Below are positions 1 to 11,561 of a stretch of 64,000 bases of DNA, piece by piece. Source of the stretch: Chlorokybus atmophyticus (taxonomy: Eukaryota > Plantae > Mesostigma and Chlorokybus algae). The notes under the pieces were generated by a model, which saw only the letters and a list, made by a program, of their open reading frames with translations, had not been told where the DNA came from and made no database searches. The DNA is taken from NCBI GenBank assembly GCA_009103225.1, contig RHPI01002503.1, forward strand, positions 935,585-999,584, given 5' to 3'. How positions within the stretch are numbered: position 1 is the stretch's first letter; each line of letters opens with the position of its first letter. The position numbers were made by a program, and so were the translations under genes.

Positions 1-17
1 AGCTCATACAGTACAGG

Positions 18-146
18 AAAGGTCAACACGTCATCTGCGCAGCGCCCAAAGTCATTGAACACCACTTGAAAAAGGCTGGTGGAGGTGGCTTGCCTGTAGA
101 CCCATCAAAACTCATCTGGACACCTTACCAGCATCACGGCAACTAG
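18..146 (+). CDS. Probable last exon of an unknown gene extending beyond the window (...KGQHVICAAPKVIEHHLKKAGGGGLPVDPSKLIWTPYQHHGN*)
   Basis: AG acceptor (cagtacag|g), open frame to TAG at 144-146, TGTAA about 37 nt downstream; no family recognised. Confidence 0.35.
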   Translation, partial: KGQHVICAAPKVIEHHLKKAGGGGLPVDPSKLIWTPYQHHGN

Positions 147-923
147 ATGCTGTTGCTCTCTCAATGTATAACCTCGTGCATCTGTAACTATATTGTAATA
201 TACAAACCCCCATCATAACTGATATTACTACGTGTTTGCATCTGCTTGGTGCTTGGTCCCTGCTGTTTCACAGCATTAGTCCATGTTAGCGTGTGCTGGT
301 ACTCACACATGTGCTGCACTTATATGACATAAGTATTGATGTTACGTATTCAACGTGGCACTATTTGCGTTAGTCGTTAGCCAGTGGTGAACATAGACGG
401 CACTACATATTTCTGGTTTGTACAGTTATGTTTGCTGGGATGCGCTGTGCTTAATCTGCGAGATAATCTGTGACCTTGTCTATTGCATGGGGCTGTAAAC
501 TCTAGCCTGGTGAGATACATTTCCTATCTTCACCCAACTTGTCAACCCGGGCCTAACAAATACACAACCAGGAGGGCAGTACTTCATGTACATCAGTGTT
601 TAGAGTTTATAAAAATTCATTAGTACCTTGCATTTAACTTTGCAAAGCACATGCCATTGGTGGAACAGCTGTGTCATGCAACACTTCTCGCCGCACAGGA
701 TGCCCAACTCATTGTGCCCATCAACTGCAAGTGTCAACACCCTTTACGCAGACAACCTGCACAGCACTCTCGCCTTTGTGCCAGCACTTCAGCGCAAAAG
801 TTATACACAGCTTATATAACATGTTTTACCTACTCAACCCGCTTCACCACCATGTCATATATACACCAATTACAACAACCCAACATTACCCCCCTCACCC
901 GCATACTACACACAAGTACACGC

Positions 924-3550
924 TTAGTCGGGGTGGATCTCAGACAACAGGACGGGGCGTGCAGGGTCCCGTGACCCGAGGCGTTCAGCAACAAGCTCGA
1001 GGGCGCGGCGTTCGCGCGCGTCGAGGGCGAAACGGCGCGCCCCGTCCAGGCGGTAACGCCAGTGCTCCCCGCCGTTGACACCCCACCCGTTCCAGATACC
1101 CGGCTCGTGGTGCTGCAGACCAGCTGGCGAGGGGGATATGAACAGCGGCGCCGACAGCCTGCTCGACTGACCTGAAGGACATATCAGAGCATTGGTCAGT
1201 ACAGAGGGATGTCTCCAACACAACTCTATTGATGTGCGTTCGTGCATGCGTGTGCACACATGTCATGCGTACGTGTTTGCGTACCATCTGTAAGCAGCCT
1301 GATGCTCCAAGGCAGAGGCTCCCCGTTAGCGCCTTTGATAGCCTTCAGCTGCACTTCTAGCCACGGGCTTCCCTCCTCATCACAGAACTGTGCAGCATGG
1401 CCAACATGATCAGAATCACCCCAACAACACTTCTTTCAATCAACCATACCAACTTCTGCCCCCCACTCACCTTGTTTTCGATCTCGTGCACGACTTTGGG
1501 GTTCTCATTGAATTCGGCAAGAAAGCCCAGCAGGCTGGCAAAGCCAGGGAAGTGGCAGAGCGCAAGCTGGCGCGCCTCGGGGATCAGCAGACCGTACGAG
1601 CATGAAGCCGTGGTGGTCTCAGACCCAAAGTAGCACGACTTCAGCATACCTGAGGTTCAACACACATACTGTCAGCTTCGCATCAACCAACAAGTATACA
1701 ATCTCTCATGGAAGAGTGACAGCAAACACTTGCCTATGCGCCAGGTTGTGGCGGAGTCGTCGCAGTTGGTGGCAAGACGGCGCTTGGCTTCGGCCACCGC
1801 CTCGACCACATCGGGCGTGGGCACGATAGATGTGAGGTCACGGACGGACACTGTGGTTTGAGCCTGCGCACGGTCTACACACATGCAAACAAGTTAATAT
1901 ATGAGTGAATGCATGCACGTGTGCGTGTGTTGATGTGTGGAGCACACCAATACAATTCGTATGTAAGTACACATACCTATGGGGCCGAGACGGCGTGACT
2001 CATACTCCCACGCATGGTTGGTGACTTCGACGAGAAACTGCCATGATGGATCGGAGACGAGTGGGCCGTCTTGAAGGCGGTCGGGGAGGTGGACGTACAG
2101 GTCGTCATGCTCGTCCCACGCGGCGCACGGCACCACGCTCACTCGGTCCCATGACGTGTAGCACTTGAACTTCTCACGCTCCCACGCGGCGTAGAACCTG
2201 GCCCGCTCGAGCTCCGTGTCCCTTGGATCACTGCACGACACCAGGTGTGTTAGCTCCATGTGGTGCATGCGTGTGTGTGTGTGTGTGTGTGTGTGTTTTT
2301 GTGCATGTTATACAACACACTCTCATCAACCAATGTCTTCCTGTTGCTTGCCTACGGACGCGTAGGGGGACGCCTGTAGCAAGCGAGACGTCCTTGACGG
2401 CGTGTACGAGGCGGGCAAGGCGCTTCTTGTGGATGCGGAGCTGCTTGCGTGCAGCTTGCTGCGTAAGGTGTGATGTAGCCGGAGTGGGATCCATCTCACG
2501 GCCAAGCAACGAGGACACTGTTGCAATCTCCTCCTCAACCATAACCTCTCCGTTCACTGGCAAGGCAGGCAATAGGCAGCACTTGTTAGCAGCTCCAAAG
2601 CATGAAAGTAGTACAGATTGAACTGGCTGCAAGCCATTGTTGAAAGGCAACATTGCATGTGCACATGTGCATGAATCATTGTCACTGCACGTTCAGACGT
2701 GAGTGCATGTGTGTGCTTACACTAGTGCGCATGTTTGCGTGAATGTGTGCGTACGAGGGTGTCTTGTTGTATGTACCTGCTATGGCTGAGCCTGCCATCT
2801 GGAGTGTGCGTGCCGGCTGCGGTGTAGGGCTTGGGTCTTCAGCGGAGACGGCCAGGTAGGGTACGGCCAGGCCTACCCTCATGGCGCCGTCGGTATAGTG
2901 GCTCATCCGCACTCCACCCTGCTGCCGCCGCCCACTCTTCCTCCTGGAGGAGGACGCCGGCATGGCTGAGAAAAGGAAGTGAGCCGCCTCATCGCTCACG
3001 ACGCTACCACGCAACCGGCGGCGGCAGTCGCAGGGAGAGTAGGACGTGGACGCCTGAGGTAAGACCAACGACATCAACGACATGGACGACAACAAGGGTA
3101 AGCGTCACAACACAAGTTCAAGAAATAGCTGCATTCTCACCTTGAGCTGTAAGGCGCTGGCGGCCATAGCCGACGTCATGGCGACAAACAACACTGACGA
3201 CACCAACGCTGAAACTGTTTGCCTCTCTCTCTCTGGTTCCTGGTGCCTGCACCAACACAGACGCACACAGCAGTTGACCAAACTGCGCGAGGCGCTGGAG
3301 AAGGAGTAGGGGACAATCCCACTAAAGCAAGGCAAGCCAGAATGCACAGCAGGCTTGAATCACACAAGCTGAAGGCGACTGCAACCCCTTTTATCTCTCC
3401 TCTCAACTCTTACGTTTCCACAAAGACACGAGACGGCGCGGCTATCAGCCAAAGGCACTGCTTGCCTTCTTGTAAGTCGAGTCGAATGCTCTCCTGGGCG
3501 AAAAAGGCACAGCCTTTGCCCTTTAAGGCAGGCGCCGTCGGCGACGAGGC
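924..3550 (-). CDS. Unknown multi-exon protein-coding gene; exons about 3414-3550?, 3141-3250, 2777-3055, 2352-2559, 1977-2230, 1734-1874, 1471-1649, 924-1112; start codon not located
   Basis: Splice phases join into one open frame ending ...ENK/HHEPGIWNGWGVNGGEHWRYRLDG...SEIHPD*; two donors must be GC; no domain recognised. Confidence 0.6.
2271..2296 (+). repeat. (GT)13 microsatellite in an intron
   Basis: Seen directly. Confidence 0.95.
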
Positions 3551-3564
3551 GGGCGGATAGCGCA

Positions 3565-4489
3565 ATGCGCACTACAACACCGTCCGCGCCGCCCCTTCCT
3601 TCGACCTTGCTGACTGCCTGCCTGCTGCTGTGCCGCGCGTGTCAGACGGGCAGAGACCGTGGCAACATTGCTGACATCAGCAAACGACGACTTCAAGAGA
3701 ACTGTGTCAGTTTCACAACTGACAGGTTTATGAGAGACGTAACTTTTGGCAATCAACGCCATCTACTCATGAAGTGGTCTGTTGTTGGGGTATTTTGGTA
3801 TAGGAGGAAAGCAGGCGACTCGCACTGCGTGCATGAACTTTGTCAAAACTGTCATCAAGCTTCTCTCCTGTCATCATCCTTCAACGGCTTGCACTTTATC
3901 AGTTGTACCGTGGCCAAAGACTTTCTGCTCTCGACCAGCATTGCTGACGCCGCAAACATGCGTCATGGTACATGACCACGTCATGTTTGCGGGTATATTA
4001 CCAGGGTTAACGCAACTGTTGGTCATCTGCCCCACCCTGCGTGTCAGACCCAGACACTCTTGTGGTTGCTGCCGGGCTTTCCATTAATCCGTCGATACCG
4101 GCGACAGGACGATTTGCCAAATACCGCCAGAGGACCACGCTTTCTGGGCCCTTCGTTGCGGCGGTGCGCGGTATCTAGCGCGGAAACGAGACAATGTGTG
4201 GCGGTTAGCGGTTGTAGCAGATATTCATCTGACGGCTCAAGAGAGTGCCAGGCGACATCGGACGGAGGCGAAGTACTTGCGAGACGCAGCTTTGGAGAAC
4301 GCAGATATTGATATGCCGCGCGCTGCATCGCGACGCGCAGCCCCTGCGACTGTTCGCAGCCTGCGACTGTTCGGCACGTTTCATGAAAGGAATCGTCGTA
4401 CCTTGGCCGGGCAGCTTGTCCAGCTTGGACAAGTTATTGCGAGCCAACTTTTCAACGCGGTTTGGATTGTTGCGTGTGATGGAAAGTAG
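3565..4489 (+). CDS. Possible small unknown gene, divergent from the 924-3550 gene, with a hydrophobic N-terminus
   Basis: ATG at 3565 (MRTTTPSAPPLPSTLLTACLLLC); protein-like segments DPDTLVVAAGLSINP... and ADIHLTAQESARRH...; exon joins ambiguous. Confidence 0.25.
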
Positions 4490-4578
4490 GCTGAGGACAG
4501 TCCTCAGAGGACTCCAACATCTACCTTGCTTGGGATGCATGGGTTTTGTTTAACAGCGCGGACAACATGGAGCAGCGG

Positions 4579-4626
4579 CAACAATGACAACAACAACAAC
4601 TACAACAACAACAATAACAACAGCAA
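4579..4626 (+). repeat. Imperfect (CAA)n microsatellite
   Basis: Seen directly. Confidence 0.9.
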
Positions 4627-6267
4627 TGACCACGGCTCATTTTGCCGCCTAGCTTAAGGGCTGATTTGTATTGCATTCCGATGCATGCAAAGGTGAGCAA
4701 GAGTGCATGCAGTGGTACATGGGTGCAAACCTCGGCAGCAAGACATTGTTGGTACAATCAATGTTTGTGTAATTCATTATGTTATTTTCAGCATTTAATT
4801 TTGTGCAAACAATACCATTAGCGCAATATGCAAAAGATGCAATGTTATCACATGCATGGAAGGAGTGGGCACCAGCACCACGCACAGCACTGCCATGCAC
4901 AGCACTGCTACATTCTGTACTGCGCGCCCTGTGACCACGGCGCTCACCACTCTTTCGCTTTCCTTCCCCTTCAGGTTGCTACACTATCTCTGCCATCGCC
5001 TTGCTACCCACCGCATTTGCACGCACGCACGTAGGATAGTGGCTGAGCTAGTTGGTTTGCTTACAAACTTCACTCCCCGGTCAGAATTGTTGGTTGTCGT
5101 TGTCATGTGTCTCATTGACTCGCTGGTTGTTTGTGCATGTTATCTCATATCGTATGCATGCGATCAATAACAAGCAAATGATATACCAAGTGCACCCTGT
5201 GATTAGCAAAATGACCACCCAAATCAATGCTTGCATCATCACCACTTGCCACTATGCTGATATGTATTGGACTTGCTACTTTAAAACACATTGTTTTAAT
5301 TGATTTACACATTGAGGTGTAAGGTTAAACGTAAAAGGATGGTCACAGGAAAATGAAAAATATATTATTCTTGTATCGTGATCGTTTGGAACATGTGCAA
5401 ACACATTCAATATTGCTTAGATACGTCGTCTTGAATCTAGTTTGCTGCAAAGGCGTAAAGAGCTGAAAGAATATAGCATGTACATAACGAAACACGCGTT
5501 ACATTAATGACAAGCGTGGTATTGCAAATACCACAACAATATAACAATGTCATAGCACGCAGAATTCCATCACATGCATGTAGGGTGCTCCATTACCTGC
5601 TAAGCTTATGCATGCGCATTGCTTTGTGACCAACAGCTTCTTAGACCAGCATGGTCTTTAGCCACTGAGCCTTGACCACCATAATATCGTTGGATTGCAC
5701 AATGCATAAAAATGCGTGATATTTTCAAACATGGTTTGATGCTCATCACCGTGTCAAGCAATAATATGCGACATGGCCGACTGGCTGCAGCACACCCGAG
5801 CAGCCTAACCAAACCAGCACTCCCAAGTCGCAAGCGCGTCCTCTGCCGCAGATGAAGCCCGCTGCTAATCTGTCTGCCCCACCTACGGTCTTGTACTTGC
5901 ACTTGCATTTACGCCGACTAGCCTAGGGAAAGCCCCTGCAGCCGAGAGGTGGTGGTGTGGGAATAAAGTGTTGTGCTCTAGGTATTGTGCTTGTGCTTTG
6001 TGAGCTTGGCATAGCGTGTTGCACAATGTTTTCCTATACCCTAAGCATGCATCCGTAAGGTCGAGTATTCATAAGTTCTAGAGTATATACCAACCAGGCT
6101 CAGCCACCCATGGCAACTACCAGGCAAAACCATTCTGTGTCATGAAGCCTATCAACCCTGTATATTTTCTTTGGCATACTGCTGCGACACTCACCACGCA
6201 ACCTGCGACGAATACAGCTATGCAGCTTGTGACTTGCTGTGCACATTATCAACAAGAGTTGGGTCGC

Positions 6268-8595
6268 TCAGACAGACGAGTCGTGAGTTTCTCTATGCTG
6301 CTGTAGTTGTTGCTGCTGCTGCTGCTGCTGCTTCAGCGTCAACCCTTCCGTGCTGATGCCCATCAGCGGCTGCCCAGGCTCACTGTGCACATCATCCGAG
6401 CCAGCGGCCCAGTCATTGACCAACCCTGGCCAACAACGTAATAGCTCGTCACACAACCAAACAAAGCATGAGAGACATTGGTGCCAGCCCGTGCGCGTGC
6501 GCAATGCGCGTGCATGCGTGGGCGTGTAAGTGTGCGTGCGCACTTGTGCATGCCCACATGCGCGCATGCCCACATGTGCGCATGCGTGCATGCACTTTTG
6601 TGTAGGTCCATGGGTTTGTAAAAAGTAAACAACAACGTGTGTGTGCCTTCGTGTGCTTACCACTCAGGCCGTTGCGGGGGCGATGATGGAGGCGTGCCGA
6701 CACTCTTCTGGAGCGCTTTCTGCTGCGGAGGGAAGCGAACGAGAAGGCGCCGACAAACAGCGCGGCAATTCCGATCATGTGCCATATGAACGCGAGTATC
6801 ACCGTCGTCATGTACGGGTTGATCGGCACGTCGCCATAGTACTCAAAAAAGGCTATCTGCCAGAACCAGTTGCCCTGCAAGCGCACACCCGCTTGTGAGA
6901 CAACTGCACAACTTGTCGATTACTACAGTGTTATCTGACCATATGCACTCCTGCCTGAGTGACTACAGCATCGAATGAGCAATCCAACTAATGTATGACA
7001 TAATGGATGAACGAATGGATGGATGAATATTTAGGCAATGAATGCATAAGCAAATGAGGTCATGAGTGAATGGTGGGAATAAATAAAGGTGTTGTTGGTT
7101 GGCATGAGTGAACAGTTGGCAGGACACAACAGCATGGATGCGCTGATGATGGTTGCATCAAGCTCTCAACCTGCAGCATGACGGTGTACGTGAGCATCAC
7201 GGCGGCCCAGAAGCTGTGCGGCATGGCCGACAGCCACACGCCCGCAATCGTGCACGCGAAGATCGTCATCGACAGGAGCCAATGCTGCATGATGGCGTTC
7301 TCGGGCGTCCCGTGCGCTGCACACGCAAAAGAGCAAAGAAGTCACACTTAGTGTTAACGTGTTGAGAACCAAGCATGTGTGTTTGTTGCAAACAGTGCAG
7401 TGCAGCACATACGGACGTGCATGTAGAACAGCATGGCCTCCTGGAAGAAAGCGAGCGTGTAGAGTACAAACTCTGTCCGCTCGGGAAACAGCGTGCGGCC
7501 GACCGGCGTGCGCGCGGAGAGTATCGTCGCGCATGCGCCGAGGCCGAAGCCCGCATACCTGTGTGTTGGACAGATCATATGCTGCGATAATGCACACACT
7601 TGTAAACACATCCACGCAGGTGCACACCACAAGTGCAACAACATGGTCATGCGCAGCACCCACACAGTCTTAACGCGAGCACATAGGTGCTCCGCAAGCA
7701 TGTGCGACCACTTCACGCAAGCGCACGCATGGAGACATGCACGCACATGCATACATGCACGCACATACATGTGCAAGCGCATGCCCACATATGCAAGTGT
7801 GCACACGTGCGCGCACATGCACGCGCGAGAGACACCTTACATGGTTGTGTGTTGCAGGTTGTTGACCGATCGCAGTTCACCATCGTAGTAAGGCCGCCAG
7901 TGCGCCGCGGTCATCTCGATCATGATGCCGACGAGCGTCATGCCGGCGATGACGAGGGGCTCGAGCAGCGCGCTCCACGGCATGCGACCGTGCGCAAGGG
8001 CATCGCTGCTGCTGGACACGCAGCAAAACTTCCTGAGCAAACAACGTGGGCTGCGTGTTTGATGCAAAGCATGCTTACATGGTTGCAACACAACGTTTGA
8101 AAACACATACCAACACACGCATGCACACGCACATGCTCAAACACATGTACACGCAACCCTGCGCGTGCACGCACACATACATGTGCCAAGTGCGTAGGTG
8201 CTGGGAAAAACCCCAACAGCGAAACGCACAACATACAACTCAACCTTGGGGAGGTTGATGGTGAGGAGTTGGGCGACGTGCGCGAAGATCGCCGCAAGCT
8301 TCCAAACGGGAAGAAAGGGAACGGCCGCCCCGCAAAGGAGAACAGAGGCAGCGAAGCCCTTGATGCCGCTTGTGGTTTTCTACACACAAAGCACACATAC
8401 GAACATGATGTTTTTTTGGGGCTCTTCTGCATGTGATAATCATGTACATTGCTCACCTTGTGAGTGGTGCGAGTGTGCGCGCGGCGTGCAAGCGTGACAG
8501 GCAGCGCAGCCACCAAAGAGCCCACAAGATGAAGAACGTGCCCGGAATGATGTGGCCCCCAAAGCTGCCTGTGGGGGGCCGGCCTGGCGGCTTAC
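6268..8595 (-). CDS. TMEM45: TMEM45/DUF716-family multi-pass membrane protein; start exon probably further upstream (candidate ATG at 9013)
   Basis: Family motifs on phase-consistent exons: GSFGGHIIPGTFFILWALWW, LLEPLVIAGMTLVGIMIE, NNLQHTTMY, AFFQEAMLFYMH, QGNWFWQIAF. Confidence 0.85.
7590..7835. repeat. Alternating purine-pyrimidine (CA/TG/CG) low-complexity intron tract; similar tracts at about 6480-6600, 8100-8190 and 8600-8700
   Basis: Seen directly, e.g. gcacgcacatgcatacatgcacgcacatacatgtgc. Confidence 0.8.
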
Positions 8596-9780
8596 CTGCG
8601 CGCGTACATGTGGGTGTGTACGTGTGTACTTGCGTGTTTATCTATGTTATATGTTATATGTTTACGTGTGCGTGTGTACATGTGTATGGGTTTGTGTGCA
8701 AGAATGTGGCGAGCAGTCACTATTAGGAACTTGCTGCGTAGCGGCGTTATAACAGTGGAGACTTATAAGCTGCTGGTAGAGACAATCTGTCACATAGCAA
8801 AGGTCTTTGCTATGTGACATATGTGTGAGATTACAGCCTTAAGCACCATTGCAGCTACCTGGTGCAAACATGCAACTGTGGAGACGATGTTTCACACAGA
8901 TCGAATGAGTGCAACCGTGTCCATTGTCATCTGCTGAGAAAAGCACTCAAAACATGGCATGGTCTCATGCTGTCCCTACCTGTTGCGTCCACCTGCATGT
9001 CCATCTCCATCATCTTAAAACCGATCGGTTGTTCGTTGTTGTTCAATCAACCCCCTTCAATCTGTTCTTAAGCTGCCTCTGACGAAAGTCGTGTACACTC
9101 TACTACTCTGCTTACACACGCGCAAGAGACAATAGACTTGAACTCTATGGCGGCAAGTGCACGAACAGGTTAAGCGGCGTTGTAAAAGGGGGCTTATATT
9201 AATTGCAAGGCAGATGCAGAAAGGAGGGGCTTCGCCCTAAGCTTCTTTTTAGCACGCCGCCGCCGCCAACGACAACGACAACGACATCGGCGCCTTGGAC
9301 CGTCCAAGTTGGACGACTCCACCATTGGGCGGACGGCTCGCAACGTAATCGTTGCCACAGCGTAACTTGCTTACGTGTGCGGGCGTGCCAAAATGACGCA
9401 CTGTCAATACAGACAGAGACACCAATTGGTATCTTTCTTACATGCTGCAAAAGCGCATGCAGTTTACACATGACCATTATCTTGACGCAGCAACACGTGC
9501 GAGATTGTATACATAACTGATCAAGTTTCTGCGTAATTGTGCATGCATGTTGATGATTTGCACACACTTAGTGGAAAAGAGGCTTTTATGTACGGTGTAT
9601 ATAATAAACGTAGAAATATGCTACACACATTCAAGATACATCATACACCAACATCATGCTTATGATCCATCCCAATATTATGATGATACAGGGTGCAACT
9701 GCAATGCGATGAGATTTTATAAGCATGTATAAGCATCTCGAGCTAGCGCAAGCCCCCAAGATGTTGTGCTATGCTATGCT

Positions 9781-10021
9781 NNNNNNNNNNNNNNNNNNNN
9801 NNNNNNNNNNNNNNNNNNNNNNNNNNNNNNNNNNNNNNNNNNNNNNNNNNNNNNNNNNNNNNNNNNNNNNNNNNNNNNNNNNNNNNNNNNNNNNNNNNNN
9901 NNNNNNNNNNNNNNNNNNNNNNNNNNNNNNNNNNNNNNNNNNNNNNNNNNNNNNNNNNNNNNNNNNNNNNNNNNNNNNNNNNNNNNNNNNNNNNNNNNNN
10001 NNNNNNNNNNNNNNNNNNNNN
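9781..10021. other. Assembly gap (241 N)
   Basis: Run of N. Confidence 1.
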
Positions 10022-11561
10022 CCCTTCCATTTGGCAGACACCCACACCCACCGCAACAAATCTGATAAAGAGATGGTTGGGCATGTGTGCAACCAGCATA
10101 AAGCGCATGTGCAGGTGACTACCGTTGCCATGTATGCATACATGGATGGCTGACAGGGGGCAATACAGGTCAGGTCTGGTGGCATTTAACGAATAGCAGG
10201 CACATGACTTAGCTTGGTGGTCAAGTTGATAAGTTGTTGTGTTTGTAACACTGCATGTGCATGTAGGTTTGCATGTAGTAATTATCTCTTGCATTTTGTA
10301 CACATGCACAATACATAAACGAACAAGCAAAGCATTAATAATGCTGGAGGCGGGAGCACTGTCAAATCTTGATTGACTCTCCACCTCAAGCGATAAGTGT
10401 ATTACGATTGCACACATTGGTGACCTACAACACAATCATGCAATAATGTGGGTGCATTATTGCTTGATCGGATGGACGGGGCATGCATATGCTACTGTTC
10501 TGGTCCAAAGCACACACCATGCATGATGCGCTGCGTGATAAGGTGTACATGCCACTTGTGAAAACAAGTTAGAGTACCTAATGTACAAACGCTGCCTGGG
10601 AGGCTTTGCAAGTTGAAGCAGAGCCTCTCAAGTGCAGAGTCTGCTTTATTGCCCATCATCATGTTGTGAGAGTCACAGGGACATGGGTTTTATCAAGTGG
10701 CCTCGCATGCCCACCACAACCGACGCTTGCTTTTGTGCTGAGAAACCATATCATCATTACAACATGTGGCGCTCACCTGGGCGGGTGCACCTGCAGGAGC
10801 TGGCCAAATGCCAAAAATTGTATTGCCCACGTACTAGGAGACGAATTCATCCCCCTGCCGGCCAGAACCTTGGCACTCAAGGTGCCTCCTTCCTCTAAGC
10901 TGATCACAGATCGTGCACGTCATGTGGTCCAGCACAAGGGTCTGCCTGCTCCTCGGAGCTCCTTCACCTGCAGTTCTGCCTGCCCCTGTCCTTGTCTTGC
11001 CTGCCCAAACCCTTGCACTGCACATGGGAACCCAGCGCCCAAGTTCGAGTTGTTGGCTGGTTGGTTGGTTGGTTGGTAATAAGTGCTTTGCCCGTGTACT
11101 GTTGTTGCTGCTTGTTGGCCTACTCTCAATTCCATGCATTAAGCATGTACTTGACCAAGCCCAAATGAGCGCAAGTTGCTGCTGCCTGTGTAGTGACTCA
11201 ATTTGGCACCCAATTCACGGTGAGTAAATTACAACCGAGTACTTCTGGAAGTCTATGTGCATGCGGGCAATGAGCTTATGGCTGGAGGTCTAACCCTTGC
11301 CATTCTGCAATTCATTCCCCGCCATGCATTGGCATCCCACAACAAGGTTCAGGTTCACAGGATATGCCGACTGCTTCATGCTGTTGAGGGCTGCCGTCTC
11401 ACCAGATGGATACAACAGCCTTTCATGGAGCGGGGAGCTTCATCAATGGCGAAGAAGAACACAATTTCGCAGTATACCGGTACAATATCAACACCCACAA
11501 AGCTGATGCGTCCGACCATGCAAAACACCATTGGTTGCAGCAACTACTTGTGGCAAGACGT

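Noticed and set aside
5580-6130. Possible solo LTR or degenerate TE fragment with AATAAA
   Set aside because: No second copy in the window, no TSD and no convincing protein motif.
9725-10435. ORFs running through N blocks (also 23473-24311)
   Set aside because: Artefacts of translating gaps.
10834-11139. CTICDQLRG...ECQGSG resembling a DnaJ-type zinc finger
   Set aside because: Incomplete motif, no supporting exons, and located in the likely 3' region of the ESRP-like gene.
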